From positions 1 through 53,289 of IMG/VR virus record IMGVR_UViG_3300033434_000393: 53,289 nucleotides of DNA, one strand, 5' to 3'. The position numbers and the translations under genes are program-made. Position 1 is the stretch's first letter. Each line of letters opens with the position of its first letter. Shown in pieces: positions 28,101 through 38,528 of this stretch. The stretch is from a virus. Taxonomy: Duplodnaviria; Caudoviricetes. The notes under the pieces were generated by a model that did not search any database, was not told the DNA's origin, and worked only from the letters and a program-made list of their open reading frames with translations.

Positions 28101-29210
28101 CTTGCTACTAAGGTGGCCGAATTAATATCAGGCAAAAGCAAGGAACAAGCCGACACTGAGAAGCTGCAAGGTGTGACAGAGAAGATATCTCAGATACAGG
28201 ACACAATTAACTCTCTTATCGAAAAACGTATAGACCTTATCAATGCGGCTACGAATGCGGAGAAAGGTTATTTGGCTTCTTTGACACAAACTTCCATCGA
28301 TGTTCAGAAGAAGTATTATGAACAGCAGTTTGAAAGCTTGTTGGGAAATGATTTCTTAGCAAAGAAAGGTAAGAATAACAACCTTTCATTATCTGAATTA
28401 GGTATAAGCTCCATCGAAGAACTGAAAGAGTTCATGTCAAGTAATAATCTCCTTGACTATTTGAACAATGGCTTCGGCATTCGTAATTTAGATGATTGGC
28501 AAGAACTGATTGACGCATGGGATGATTTGGCGGATAAAGAAGAAGAGGTTTCCAATGCTTTGTCGGAATCTCTAACCGGTCTGTCCTTCGATGATGCAAA
28601 GGATGCTTTGGATGATTTCCTTTTAAGCGCTGATACTACCGAGCAGACTATAGCTGATAACTTCGAGGACTATATGAAGAATGCGATCCTCAATATTGTG
28701 AAGACTACTTATATGACTGACGCTTTAAAGGGATGGTATGATAACTTCACCAAGGATATGAGTGATGGCGTTTTGTCCGATGATGAAGTGAAAAAGCTAC
28801 GAGAAGAATACTCTACCATTTATGACACTGCGCAATCACAAATTAACGGCCTTCTTGATACTGTCGGCATAGATAATTCTTCCAGTGAGGATGGAGTAAG
28901 TGGCAAATTACAGGATGCTCTTACCGAGGGCACGGCCAGCGAAGTACTTGGAGCTATCAATATGGGTACTCTCGACATTCGTGCGATAAAAGAGTTATTG
29001 CCTTCTCATTTTGCCAATTATGCAACTACGATGAATAATGTGTCATCTATATTGGATGAAACCCGCCAGATCAATGCAAATACACTTAGAACAGCTAACA
29101 ATACGGACGGGTTACGTGATAGTATGTCAAATCTGAATGAGAGTTTAAAAGAGATGAAAGGTGATTTAGAGGATATAAGCAAGAACACTAAAGACACATC
29201 AGGGAGGTAA
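25122..29210 (+). CDS. Tape measure protein
   Basis: 1362 aa, helical and coiled-coil with hydrophobic segments; synteny. Confidence 0.9.
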   Translation: MGIQNQNNALVFASGIDNSGLKSDAEEGKSIVKGMTDSVVSEGNKMNDALSNTSGATQGIRSIKNESESLFKSFKPTEESAKRMREYITSLNGVNIRSLPEQIKNTKVLVKQTEEDIKSLQQTFEKAAPGKAKMFALSELEKAKKVLTETKGELANLESQQGKTSTTAGRLTSQIRVLKDEMSKMAMAGGRDSQAYDDLRQKALLLQRQLNGTNKQMKILASPMANFQGVISGVTGLTGALSAGMGVMGLFSSENANLAKIQTKLQSVMAITIGLQQVATTLNKNSPFQLVTMAKAHNLLTAANTRLAVALGISNVAAKALMATLTLGATVVVTGLIVAWNKYSSHQEQMAEKQKEIEKEVSDAINGASSTMAEQMVTLYKLIGRWDSLGGNLKKQKKFITENKDEFHKLGISVNTVTEAENVLDGRTEAVVNAMMKRARATIYAKMAMDEYEKMARGELQAQLIMDAAPTEDDYKKTRKSKSAGTSTGVFETTETYIDKSDTKNAEANRKKRADKVRIGAQVHLIWGNKVIDSAAKLEKTINADLEKAKITPFNGDDSYKKDADAAKKAAEKANKEKVEAAERIGQIKENDQKIKEIYTQGELDAQQSRINAMEDGYTKQQAQIDLDHKKRITDADKKAQELIKIAQENEEKLWLNKHPDHEKKGEVFTPTIKTVSQLPKEQQNIISTDKSNADRDKIKSEKDLLKSLKDQYQSYTDERLAIEKKYNDDIEALKKEREKAQAQGDTAQVDVIDRSIGKADTDKGKSLASVDFKQLKESPDYVRAFENLKQSSTETLNSLLSQFENAKQVAAETLDPEQLREYTKTISDIMDELENRNPFEMLAQRKSELAEAEKALAEAQKNMDDVKGGKKVVASTSYNQKTGKIDKTYLTEEKALSKLNKAKAEVIQKDANVTKAEKKVTEQISDLSTSLTDVGSAIGGTAGEIISLVGNIGSFAMSAMDGIKTVSNTTAQSVSSIEKASVILAIISTAIQLATKVAELISGKSKEQADTEKLQGVTEKISQIQDTINSLIEKRIDLINAATNAEKGYLASLTQTSIDVQKKYYEQQFESLLGNDFLAKKGKNNNLSLSELGISSIEELKEFMSSNNLLDYLNNGFGIRNLDDWQELIDAWDDLADKEEEVSNALSESLTGLSFDDAKDALDDFLLSADTTEQTIADNFEDYMKNAILNIVKTTYMTDALKGWYDNFTKDMSDGVLSDDEVKKLREEYSTIYDTAQSQINGLLDTVGIDNSSSEDGVSGKLQDALTEGTASEVLGAINMGTLDIRAIKELLPSHFANYATTMNNVSSILDETRQINANTLRTANNTDGLRDSMSNLNESLKEMKGDLEDISKNTKDTSGR

Positions 29211-29214
29211 CGAT

Positions 29215-30006
29215 ATGACATACAAGATAGACGGGGTTGATTTGAACGCATTCGGTGCAATACCATCAAAAGCATCCGGGGAGGTTATATCCCTTTCCGG
29301 ATTATTCAGTTTGCCAAAGCGGAGCGATACAACGGAATATGATTGGGGCACGTCGATTGAACCTTTCGTTGATGCAGATGATATAGAACTCGACGGACGG
29401 ACTCTTACGCTAAACGTCGCGATTAAAGGCGCATCTTTATCTGATCTACATACGAAGTTGGAGACATTCAAAACGGCCTGTATTGCCTGCACGAAACTAT
29501 ACACTGAGTTTGGTGAATTTGATGTGATACAGAAGGGGGCTATTTCTGTGGATGAATACTTCTATGCAAATGTGGTTACTGTAGAGGTTCCATTTTGGCA
29601 GCAAGACTATATCCCGGAAGCAATATCAATTGAAGGATCCGGGAGCGGTAGTTACAGGCTTGACACATACGATCTGATTAAAGACTTTGGAATATACTTT
29701 TCTTCGTGGAGAGACATCAATAACACTGCCGCACGCATTGATATAAGTACTACGTTGCCTTACACTAACACATCTTACCGTTCTGCATTAGACCTTTCGA
29801 TATCGTGTAAGATGAAAGGCTCTTCGTTATCTGACTTATATACGAGAATGAGCCAATTCAATGCGCTATGCGCAAGTTCGGGAACACATACTTTGAAAAT
29901 AGCGGGTAATGCCGATAAAACGGTATATTTTAAGGATGGAATTACAACGAAAGCTGTTGCCGAAAAGCTGCTTAGCTTCGACTTAAAATGTAGGGTTATC
30001 TCATGA
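29215..30006 (+). CDS. Distal tail (Dit-like) protein
   Basis: Two YxIDxxDL-type repeated halves; follows the tape measure gene. Confidence 0.7.
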   Translation: MTYKIDGVDLNAFGAIPSKASGEVISLSGLFSLPKRSDTTEYDWGTSIEPFVDADDIELDGRTLTLNVAIKGASLSDLHTKLETFKTACIACTKLYTEFGEFDVIQKGAISVDEYFYANVVTVEVPFWQQDYIPEAISIEGSGSGSYRLDTYDLIKDFGIYFSSWRDINNTAARIDISTTLPYTNTSYRSALDLSISCKMKGSSLSDLYTRMSQFNALCASSGTHTLKIAGNADKTVYFKDGITTKAVAEKLLSFDLKCRVIS

Positions 30007-33000
30007 CGAAATTGATTGATGTATATAGAGTTGTAAGTGGTATTGAAACGGTAGTGTATCGGATTTCAAAAGAGAAAGCGACGCTCTACCAAACGATCAT
30101 GGACAAGGATAAGGTGACTATTGAGGTAGTCACCGAGGATCCTATATCTTTGCAAGAAGGAGATTATATACTCGTTGATGGAGTCAAGTATAAGATAAAC
30201 CGTGATCCGGAAGAAAAACAGTCGTCCGAGAAGAAACATTCATATACAAGCTCTTTTGAGGCTCCTATTTATACGCTGATCGATAAGCTATTTTGTAGCA
30301 AGATCACCGGTTATACTACATTCACTCTTACAGGTAAATTGAGAGACTTCCTCGAGCTGCTTATCTGGAATGTGAATTATGACGCAACCGATAATCCTAA
30401 AGGTGTTGATGTAGGTTGGACGATAGGTCTTTGTCCGGACACCGATTACATGAATATCACGTTTGCAGGGGTTACGTGTCGCGATGCACTTAATACTTTT
30501 GAATCCAAATTCGGTGTTGAATACTATGTCGAAAACAAAGCCGTCAACTTTGTATCTCACATAGAAAAAGAGACCGGGCTTATATTTACGCAGGGCAAGG
30601 GTGAAGGCTTGTATGAGGTAGATAAGAAGAATGTAGATGATGGCGATCTTGTTACCCGTGTGTATGCAAAGGGAGGAACAGAGAACGTTATTCCCGGAGA
30701 AGGTGATTATGACGGTCGGCTTATTCTTCCGGAAGGATATATTGAAAACTTCTCTGATAGCAACAGGGTAGTTGAGGCTGTTGTCGAGTTTGACGATATA
30801 CATCCGACATTCGAGGGTGCTGTCGGGGTTGTCAGCGGGGATAATAATCGCGAATTTATTTGTTCGGCTATCGACTTTGATTTGGCTGATGTTGCCGTAT
30901 CTGATGAAGCACGTGTTAACTTCCTCACTGGTGATTTGATGGGCAAATCCTTTGAGTTCAAATGGAATAATTCCCTAAAGAAGATTACTCTTATCTATCA
31001 GGAAGATGAATTGGCGGCCATTGATGCAACGACAGGTGTCCGTCCCAATATACCCAGTACTTCCAAATATCTTAGAGGTGGGGAGCTGTTCAATTTTACG
31101 GGTATCAAACTTAGTGGTACCTACAAAACGAATGCGATCACTAAACTACGTGCTAAGGCTACAGAATGGCTGTCTTATTATTGCCGAAAGAGAGTTAAGT
31201 TTGAACTCAATGTCGATTATCGGTATCTACGTGAAAAGAAAATCACTTTGCATTGTGGCGATCTAATAACCATAAATGTTCCTCTCCATAATATTAGCAA
31301 GTTTATTCGTATAACTTCCATTGAAAGGAACTTGTACACGGGCAAATTGACCTGTGTCGTGTCTAACTATCTTGATGAGAAGTGGAAAGATAAGATTGAA
31401 ACGGAAGTTGCTAACATCAAATCTTCAACAACTACTGTAAACGGCGGTTATGGAGCTTCAAGCGTATCAATATTAGAGACAATTGATGAACGTGAGGCTT
31501 CTGATAGCAATGTGCTCTCTTCGTTACGTGCGTTGAAAGAGATTGCAGAGAGAGCATTGTCAAGAACTAGTGCTGACACGGCAGCTGGACTAATAACATT
31601 CATAGAAGGTCTGGTTTCCAAAAAGGTTATCACTGCAGAAGATGGCCTTTTGCTAGGAAAATATGTAACTGGAGTTTCAGGAGGTAAGATAGATTCCAAC
31701 GGTGATGCCGAAGTACGTAATCTCATAACACGTATAAAAGCCACGGTTGCGGAATTGGAAGTAGCCGGAAATGCAAAAGCAAAGACGGTAACTGTATCGG
31801 ATAAAGTCACCACGCTGAATTTGCTCGTCCAAAAGCTTGCAGAAACATACGATCTGAACGTTTCCAATGTTGCCACTCTCTTTCGCACGGTAGTTAAGGA
31901 TTATGTAAGCTCCGAATCTTTTGTTCCCGGCATAACGGGTGAAGGGATGAAGCTATACAAGTCACTTTCGGGTGATTGGAATTTCGAAGTGGATAACGTT
32001 GTTATCCGCAAGGCCATGACCGTTTTTGAGCTGATCATTTCAAAGGTCAGGGCGGTTAATGGCGGCTTGGTTGTCTCTCCTGCAAACGGGCGTATCAAGT
32101 CAGTAACAGAAACAACAGGCTCACCAACTTACTACGTGTTAGGTATTGAAGGCGATATGACTTTTGTCGCCGATGACTTGGTACGCTGTCAGGTATTCAG
32201 TGCTACAGGGGCAAAATACTACTGGGTGCCAATTGATTCGGTGAGCGGTGAAACGATACTGATTCTTAAATCAAACTTCCCGGATGGAGTTGTTCCGGCC
32301 GTTGGTGATGATCTTGTGCAGATGGGTAATAAAACGAACACGGCCCGGCAAGGTGTATTGTATCTCACCGCATCCGAAGACGGCAAACCCCGCTTTAGTG
32401 TGCTTGATGGTGTCAGCTCTACTGATCTGACAGGTAAGTCCAAAGTGATATTAGGTTGCTTGGATGGGATTACCGATTCCGATTTTCCTTCCGATGCGCA
32501 GCCTAACGGTTACGGCCTTTGGGCGGGTAATGTGTTCTTGAAAGGGCTGTTTATCCTACGGAATGGCAAGTCTGTTGAGGATGAACTAAGCGATCAGATA
32601 ACGGCCGTTCAGACAGCTTTCGAGATACGGGAGGGGCAAATAAGTACAAAAGTCACACAAGCCACACAGGCGGCCGCCGAAGCATCCGGATATGCAATTT
32701 CAGCGGCGGGCAGTGCTTCATCTGCCGGTCAGTCCTTAACCGCTATCACACAAAAAGAGAGTAGTATCAATCAGACGGCCAACGAGATCACATTAAAAGT
32801 CACTCGTGCAGAGAGTGCCGCCGGACGTGCGGAGAGTGCCGAAGCTTCGATCAATGTAAAAGCTGACGGAATAGTTTTGCAGGCTAGTAATCAAGCAGCA
32901 CAAACGGCCGTGAATGGCGTGCAGGTTGGAGGACGAAACTATTATTCTAATTCTCAGACTCCTATTAGTATCCTTATCGGTAGCCCACATATTGAGAAGA

Positions 33001-34382
33001 ATATTTCAACCGCACCCAATGGGCTTTATTTGGTAGGCTCTCAAGGTGATACAAGTGCGATAAGAATATCTAATGTAATAAACAGTAATGGTTATTGGAC
33101 AATCTCATTTGATCTTAAAGGTTCTCAAAATGCGTCTGTGGGATTTTGGATAGACCCCTGTGATTTGGGAGGCCCTATTGTTAGAACTACGACTGATAAC
33201 AATTGGGCGCATCACGCATACACCTTTAATGTAACTAATTATACGGCGGATGTTTACAATTTTATAGATTTCCATGATATAAGTTGGGCGTATATTTTTA
33301 TTAGGAATCTTAAAATAGAAAAAGGAAACAAGGAAACTGATTATACACCCGCCCCGGAAGATGTAGATGCAGATATAGCCCTTCGACCGACAACGGAGTA
33401 TCTTAAATCCCAATTTATCATAACCCCCGGTGGCATTTCATTAATTGGCAAAGCTTTGTCATTAGCCGGAATGGTAACTTTCAGCTCGTTGGACAGTGAT
33501 TCACAGGGGCGAATAACTACCGCTCAGTCAACGGCGAACACTGCTTTGTCTAGTGCCGATGCGGCCAATAGCGGATTAAGCACATTAAAAAACTCTTTGG
33601 GTGGTTTGGCTTATGAAAGTGTCGTTTCACTTGCCAGGCTTGACAATACGGTAATTGAAGGCGGTTATATCAAAACATCTCTGATTGATGCGGACGCTAT
33701 AATGACCGCATCGCTTTTAGCCACTAAGATAGCCGCCACGGATATAACAACGGGCAGATTGACTGTTACATCCGGAGCAAAGATAGGCGGTTGGTCCGTT
33801 GAGGGTAACGCATTGAAGATAACTAGTGCAGCAGGTGCCAAAATATTAGTAGAACCATCGGGGACAAGATTCTTACGAATTAATGACACGTCTACTTATC
33901 TTATGCAGATAAGGGCCGATGCCGTTACGGGGCTTTACTGCTATACCGACGAAACAACGGGAATATGTATCAAGTTAACCGCTCAACAAGGCGGAACGGC
34001 CTTGTATTCATCCGGTAATCACACATTTATTGCGAGGACAGGAGAATCAACACTGATGACAGGTAGAACGCTGTTATACGCCCCTAGTTTTTACCCTACG
34101 CGTGTGTCGGCTAACCTATCACTAGATTACAGTCAGGCATTCATTGTTAGTACGGCGACAAGCGACATAACCCTTTCCTTACCCGCTAGTCCGACAGTTG
34201 GAAAACAGTATTGGGTGAGAAAAACAGCCGCAGGGAATATTACTATCGCTTCAACATCAAGTAATATTCTTCATGCCGGGACGTATGGAACAGGCTATGT
34301 CTCAAGCGTTAAAGTAGCTTATGGGCAACTATATCATATCATATATGACGGCTATCACTGGCTTGGAAGTTTCAGTAATTAA
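30003..34382 (+). CDS. Baseplate hub/tail spike with receptor-binding C-terminus
   Basis: Tal-like N-terminus (VTRVYAKGG), coiled coil, GGRNY...KIEKGNKETDYTPAPED module, fibre-like end. Confidence 0.8.
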   Translation: MTKLIDVYRVVSGIETVVYRISKEKATLYQTIMDKDKVTIEVVTEDPISLQEGDYILVDGVKYKINRDPEEKQSSEKKHSYTSSFEAPIYTLIDKLFCSKITGYTTFTLTGKLRDFLELLIWNVNYDATDNPKGVDVGWTIGLCPDTDYMNITFAGVTCRDALNTFESKFGVEYYVENKAVNFVSHIEKETGLIFTQGKGEGLYEVDKKNVDDGDLVTRVYAKGGTENVIPGEGDYDGRLILPEGYIENFSDSNRVVEAVVEFDDIHPTFEGAVGVVSGDNNREFICSAIDFDLADVAVSDEARVNFLTGDLMGKSFEFKWNNSLKKITLIYQEDELAAIDATTGVRPNIPSTSKYLRGGELFNFTGIKLSGTYKTNAITKLRAKATEWLSYYCRKRVKFELNVDYRYLREKKITLHCGDLITINVPLHNISKFIRITSIERNLYTGKLTCVVSNYLDEKWKDKIETEVANIKSSTTTVNGGYGASSVSILETIDEREASDSNVLSSLRALKEIAERALSRTSADTAAGLITFIEGLVSKKVITAEDGLLLGKYVTGVSGGKIDSNGDAEVRNLITRIKATVAELEVAGNAKAKTVTVSDKVTTLNLLVQKLAETYDLNVSNVATLFRTVVKDYVSSESFVPGITGEGMKLYKSLSGDWNFEVDNVVIRKAMTVFELIISKVRAVNGGLVVSPANGRIKSVTETTGSPTYYVLGIEGDMTFVADDLVRCQVFSATGAKYYWVPIDSVSGETILILKSNFPDGVVPAVGDDLVQMGNKTNTARQGVLYLTASEDGKPRFSVLDGVSSTDLTGKSKVILGCLDGITDSDFPSDAQPNGYGLWAGNVFLKGLFILRNGKSVEDELSDQITAVQTAFEIREGQISTKVTQATQAAAEASGYAISAAGSASSAGQSLTAITQKESSINQTANEITLKVTRAESAAGRAESAEASINVKADGIVLQASNQAAQTAVNGVQVGGRNYYSNSQTPISILIGSPHIEKNISTAPNGLYLVGSQGDTSAIRISNVINSNGYWTISFDLKGSQNASVGFWIDPCDLGGPIVRTTTDNNWAHHAYTFNVTNYTADVYNFIDFHDISWAYIFIRNLKIEKGNKETDYTPAPEDVDADIALRPTTEYLKSQFIITPGGISLIGKALSLAGMVTFSSLDSDSQGRITTAQSTANTALSSADAANSGLSTLKNSLGGLAYESVVSLARLDNTVIEGGYIKTSLIDADAIMTASLLATKIAATDITTGRLTVTSGAKIGGWSVEGNALKITSAAGAKILVEPSGTRFLRINDTSTYLMQIRADAVTGLYCYTDETTGICIKLTAQQGGTALYSSGNHTFIARTGESTLMTGRTLLYAPSFYPTRVSANLSLDYSQAFIVSTATSDITLSLPASPTVGKQYWVRKTAAGNITIASTSSNILHAGTYGTGYVSSVKVAYGQLYHIIYDGYHWLGSFSN

Positions 34383-34401
34383 AAACTTAATAATACACAG
34401 A

Positions 34402-34677
34402 ATGAAGAAGATTGATTTTAGAAAGATTGAAGTAAAAGACATCGAGGGAAAGAAGAGTACCCTTGATTTGAGTAAAGAACTAGGCAATGCGATCTATCAA
34501 AAGACTGCCGATTTGGGAGAGTTGGAACTGGCACGCAGTATCTATAAAGATGGTGAGATAGAAGTCGATGCGGGGCAGGCGGCTATCCTTAACAGATACA
34601 TTCGTGAGGGCTTTCTTGCTTTCGTGCAGGAAGCAGTTTGCCCGGTACTAGATGAAATTATTAATCCTAAAAAATAA
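34402..34677 (+). CDS. Hypothetical phage protein (91 aa)
   Basis: MKKIDFRKIEV start after the tail gene stop. Confidence 0.65.
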   Translation: MKKIDFRKIEVKDIEGKKSTLDLSKELGNAIYQKTADLGELELARSIYKDGEIEVDAGQAAILNRYIREGFLAFVQEAVCPVLDEIINPKK

Positions 34678-34682
34678 CGATC

Positions 34683-35006
34683 ATGTTTACAGAAGAATCA
34701 AGAAGTACCGCAGTAGCAGGTTCTGCCGAAAGCGGAGATTACAAGTACAAGGTTAACTATAACCTTTCAGGAAATAGTCTCACTAGTCTGCATTGCAATG
34801 TATATAAGAAAGTCAGTGAAGAAGTAACGACCTCTACCGGTAAGCAGACTGTGGAGAGAGAAGAGTATGCCGGGCTTATGTTTCAGGAATCCGGGAACAA
34901 ACAATTCTCTTTTCCGCAGGATACGGATATCACCCCGCATGTTACTGTGTTTGAAGCTGTACTTACAGAAATTAAAGCAAGTCTAACTGCTGATAGTAAA
35001 GAATAA
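34683..35006 (+). CDS. Hypothetical phage protein
   Basis: 107-aa ORF in operon context. Confidence 0.65.
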   Translation: MFTEESRSTAVAGSAESGDYKYKVNYNLSGNSLTSLHCNVYKKVSEEVTTSTGKQTVEREEYAGLMFQESGNKQFSFPQDTDITPHVTVFEAVLTEIKASLTADSKE

Positions 35007-35049
35007 AAATGGCCGAGTAAAAGCGGCTGGCTAATAAATAAAAAAAGTA

Positions 35050-35523
35050 ATGGAAGAGAGTAATGTAATTAAAGGCACATCGGTTATCATCTTCGGAGGT
35101 GAGATGTTAAGCCTGTTTTGGGATTTGAGATGGATGATAATGTTGGCGGTTATCTTGGTGGCCGTTGACTTTAGATTCGGGGTAAAGGCGGCACAAGCAA
35201 GGGGAGAAAAGATTCGTAACAGTAAAGCCGGACGAAGAACAGCAAACAAGCTGATCGACTATATCTGTTACCTTGTTCTTGGCGGGTTGATTGGTAAAGC
35301 TATCGGCGAACCTCTGGGAATTAACCCTACGCTTGTAGCTGCTGTTTGTATGGGTGTTGCATGTCTGTTTGAAGTGGATAGCATTCTTCAAAACATCTGC
35401 GAGTATAAGGGTGTGAAGTATTCCTTTAGTCTTTGGAAAGTGATCATAGCCTTGGTGAAGTCTAAGCGGAAAGATATCGGTGATGCCATTGAAGAAGGAG
35501 TAGGAAAGGAGGAAACGAAATGA
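35050..35523 (+). CDS. Holin
   Basis: Three hydrophobic segments, RRTANKLIDY, SILQN; first gene of the lysis cassette. Confidence 0.85.
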   Translation: MEESNVIKGTSVIIFGGEMLSLFWDLRWMIMLAVILVAVDFRFGVKAAQARGEKIRNSKAGRRTANKLIDYICYLVLGGLIGKAIGEPLGINPTLVAAVCMGVACLFEVDSILQNICEYKGVKYSFSLWKVIIALVKSKRKDIGDAIEEGVGKEETK

Positions 35524-35939
35524 TTAAGCTGTTATTAAAACGAATAGCCCGGAAGCCCGGCTACACTATCGGAAAGTTGTTTGTTGATGGTGAGTATTTT
35601 TGTGATACGCTGGAAGATACCGATCGATTGGATGAAGGCATGAGCCTAGATGAGATTAAGAAGTTGAAACAATCGGGACAAACAGCCATCCCTGAAGGTT
35701 CATACAAAGTAATTGTGAACGTGTCTCCTAAATTTAAGCGGTTGTTGCCCCGTTTACAGAATGTACCGGGATTTGAAGGTGTACTGATTCATCGTGGTAA
35801 CACGGCCAAAGATACTTCAGGCTGTATCCTTGTTGGTGAAAATAAGAAAGTCGGGATGGTTCTGAATTCTACCTATTATGAAGAGAGGCTTGTCGAACTG
35901 CTCAAGCATGATAATAACATTTCAATTGAGATCGTATGA
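35520..35939 (+). CDS. Putative endolysin (DUF5675-like)
   Basis: YTIGKL, CDTLED, TAIPEGSY, IHRGN...GCILVG; lies between holin and spanin. Confidence 0.8.
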   Translation: MIKLLLKRIARKPGYTIGKLFVDGEYFCDTLEDTDRLDEGMSLDEIKKLKQSGQTAIPEGSYKVIVNVSPKFKRLLPRLQNVPGFEGVLIHRGNTAKDTSGCILVGENKKVGMVLNSTYYEERLVELLKHDNNISIEIV

Positions 35940-36379
35940 GAAATAAGATTTATATAATAGCGTTCTTTGTGATCGTTATGTTCGTTATGAGTGTCGTTTG
36001 TTCCTGCTCCGGAACAAGGCATGTCACGGTAGAGCGTATCAAGAACGAAAGTGCATATGTTGAGAAGCTAAAGAGAGATAGCATCTACCAACGTGACAGC
36101 ATATATATGCTCGTCAAGGGTGACACGGTATTTAAGTATCAGTACAAGTATTTATACCGTGATAAGCAGGTAAGCGACACGGTATCGGTAATTAAGTTTG
36201 ATTCAATCCCTTATACAGTAGAGGTACCTAGGTATATTGATAAGAAATTATCTTGGTGGCAAAGCGCACTCATCTTGACTGGGGGTATCGCATGGGTGGT
36301 AGCTATACTCGGTCTCATGTACTTGACAAACAAACGCTTTAATTGGCTATCTCTGATATTGAAATTAATAAAGTTGTAG
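35936..36379 (+). CDS. Unimolecular-spanin-like lipoprotein
   Basis: N-terminal signal ending in a lipobox-like Cys (VVCSC); C-terminal TM helix after LSWWQ. Confidence 0.7.
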   Translation: MRNKIYIIAFFVIVMFVMSVVCSCSGTRHVTVERIKNESAYVEKLKRDSIYQRDSIYMLVKGDTVFKYQYKYLYRDKQVSDTVSVIKFDSIPYTVEVPRYIDKKLSWWQSALILTGGIAWVVAILGLMYLTNKRFNWLSLILKLIKL

Positions 36380-36393
36380 TCGAGTAGAAGTGA
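36380..36393 (+). repeat. Direct repeat TCGAGTAGAAGTGA, copy 1
   Basis: Exact 14-mer also at 38529-38542. Confidence 0.8.
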
Positions 36394-36441
36394 CTATCTT
36401 TTTGTTGCAAATGTGCTTCTATAAAAGAAGAAAGTCGGAGT

Positions 36442-36645
36442 TTATCTCTTCGACTTTCTTGCAATTTCTTCAGAATATTTAAAAGCGTCTTTCATTTCGT
36501 ATTTCCCTGATTCTTTCATTTTTTTATGAATATAAGAAACACAAGAATCATATTGGTCATCATGCGAACTTGGTTTATATGGGACTGCTTCTGATTTATA
36601 TTCTATATTCCCATAATTGGCTGTAACAACTAACTTCTTTACCAT
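36442..36645 (-). CDS. Small hypothetical moron protein
   Basis: 67 aa; TACCTTTG box at 36682-36675 and AAGGAGG upstream. Confidence 0.65.
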   Translation of the reverse strand: MVKKLVVTANYGNIEYKSEAVPYKPSSHDDQYDSCVSYIHKKMKESGKYEMKDAFKYSEEIARKSKR

Positions 36646-36719
36646 ATTTATTCCTCCTTTCTTAGTTTGTTTTCAAAGGTAATTAATTTATAAATTGATT
36701 ATCTGGTGTTTTCATATAA

Positions 36720-36951
36720 TTAGTCGTTTCATCATAGCGATATATGGATTTAACTATTTCTTCGCATCTTCAAGACTAGATTCAATATTACTTGGATGAT
36801 AGAATCCCAAAGAATATACCTCTTGTGGTTTTGTTAAATGACTAGTCTACCAGTAATAAAAAATACTTTTTTTCTATTCTGCCAACTACTTGAACGCTAT
36901 CGCCGTATTTATCTTCAATTTTAAAATTAGTATTTCAATGATTCGAACCAT
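36720..36951 (-). pseudogene. Probable degraded small gene
   Basis: TATATTTG box about 36980-36973, ATG at 36951, protein-like segments broken across frames by stops. Confidence 0.35.
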
Positions 36952-37324
36952 ACTTTTATGATTTTAATGGATCAAATATATTAAAAATAGATTGTTTATC
37001 AAATAGCGGAGATAAATCTATGTTGTTTGATAGACCATTGCGATATGTGGTTCCATAATCTCATTATTTGATGATTTTTATTCCTTTCATAAAATAGTTG
37101 CAGCATAAGCACAGTTTTTGACTATATAATCTTATATAAATGCATTTTATATAATTCGTTTTGCACAATCATATTGTAAATACAAATGTTATTTTATGTT
37201 TACTGTAAAAAAAAGAATGTATTAGTATATAATATACTTATTTTTTTATTATAATTTTGAACCAGCATTTTCGAGTCTGAATAATTTTATATAAAATAAT
37301 ATTTTAATTTAATATGTATATATT

Positions 37325-37723
37325 ATGGAAACAGTAAGAACTGCAAAGGAATTAGGTGTAGCCTTAAAAAAAAATGAAAGCTATATTTATGTCGAAGGAG
37401 ATTTAAAAAATAAAATAATAAAAATTAAACTGGCTGGAAAACTAGCTTGGGTTGTAGCTGGAGGAGCAATTGCTGCTGCTGTTGCTCTATATATAGCAAC
37501 ACCAGCTGCTACAGTAGCAACTGCTGGTGCTGGCGGCCTAGTATCTTTCACTGGGTCGGCTACAGCTGCCACCGCCGCCGTAACAATTCTAGGATTACCT
37601 GCTACTGTTGTAGCTATTACTATTGCTGTTACTGCAGGAGGATATGCCTCGCTTTCTTCTCTCAGAGATGAATATGAGATTGTGAAAAAAGAGAGCAATG
37701 GTATCCTCTTAAAGAAAAAGTAA
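37325..37723 (+). CDS. Ala/Gly-rich membrane protein
   Basis: About 70-aa hydrophobic Ala/Gly/Thr core; TAATTTTG box at 37252. Confidence 0.7.
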   Translation: METVRTAKELGVALKKNESYIYVEGDLKNKIIKIKLAGKLAWVVAGGAIAAAVALYIATPAATVATAGAGGLVSFTGSATAATAAVTILGLPATVVAITIAVTAGGYASLSSLRDEYEIVKKESNGILLKKK

Positions 37724-37730
37724 AATTCAT

Positions 37731-38267
37731 ATGGATATTAATCAAATTCTCAGTTCTATATCTTTGTCGACAATTGCTGTTGCAATATGGCAGACAAGGG
37801 TAACGCTGGGGCTTGATAAATCAAGTAAAAGGAAGGAAGAAATAAGTACTACTTTGGACCTGTGCTATAAGATCTTTCAGAACGATATTATCCCATATTA
37901 TATTGAATTGATTTCATTTTATGACATGCACCAATTACATTTTCTAGAGGAAATATACATAGATGAAGAAAAACAGATATTACATAAGCCTATAGTTGAA
38001 GGAGAAGAAGTCAATCTTTTTTTTAAGAATTTGATGTTACTATTTAATAAGATGGATTCATTTGCTTCGTATTTCGTGATGAATAGTTCTATTGCAGATG
38101 AATATATGGCCTACCAAATGCAAGGGAATGCCTTTTGTGGCATAATCGAACGATTGAAAGGGGGATATATCCTTTTTTTGATAAAAAATAAAGAGGATTA
38201 TGTGTGCTTAGTGAAGTTGTATGATATTTGGATAGAGCGGAAAAATAAGGAATCTTTAAATATTTGA
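37731..38267 (+). CDS. Hypothetical protein with N-terminal TM (DUF4760-like pattern)
   Basis: IAVAIWQ anchor, LFNKMDSFASYF...IADE...LYDIW. Confidence 0.55.
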   Translation: MDINQILSSISLSTIAVAIWQTRVTLGLDKSSKRKEEISTTLDLCYKIFQNDIIPYYIELISFYDMHQLHFLEEIYIDEEKQILHKPIVEGEEVNLFFKNLMLLFNKMDSFASYFVMNSSIADEYMAYQMQGNAFCGIIERLKGGYILFLIKNKEDYVCLVKLYDIWIERKNKESLNI

Positions 38268-38528
38268 CGTTTGGTTAAGAGTAAAAACATCCCTAACCAA
38301 CTTTGTTCATCAATGCTCATGTAAGCGACATTAAAACATATTATCCAAATTCATTTAGAATTACTACACCAACAGTAATTCACTTAAAGAGTGGAGAAAA
38401 GATTACAGTAATGCAGAGTGTTGACCAAATTAAATTTATTATGTAGAAATGGTTCTGTTGAGCTTTTAGCTTGATTAAATTCTTTTATTAATTTTCATGA
38501 TCTTGATCTATTAAATATGTTATTGTGA

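Noticed and set aside
30003-34382. Diversity-generating retroelement or invertible tail-fibre cassette
   Set aside because: No reverse transcriptase, template/variable repeat pair or invertase seen
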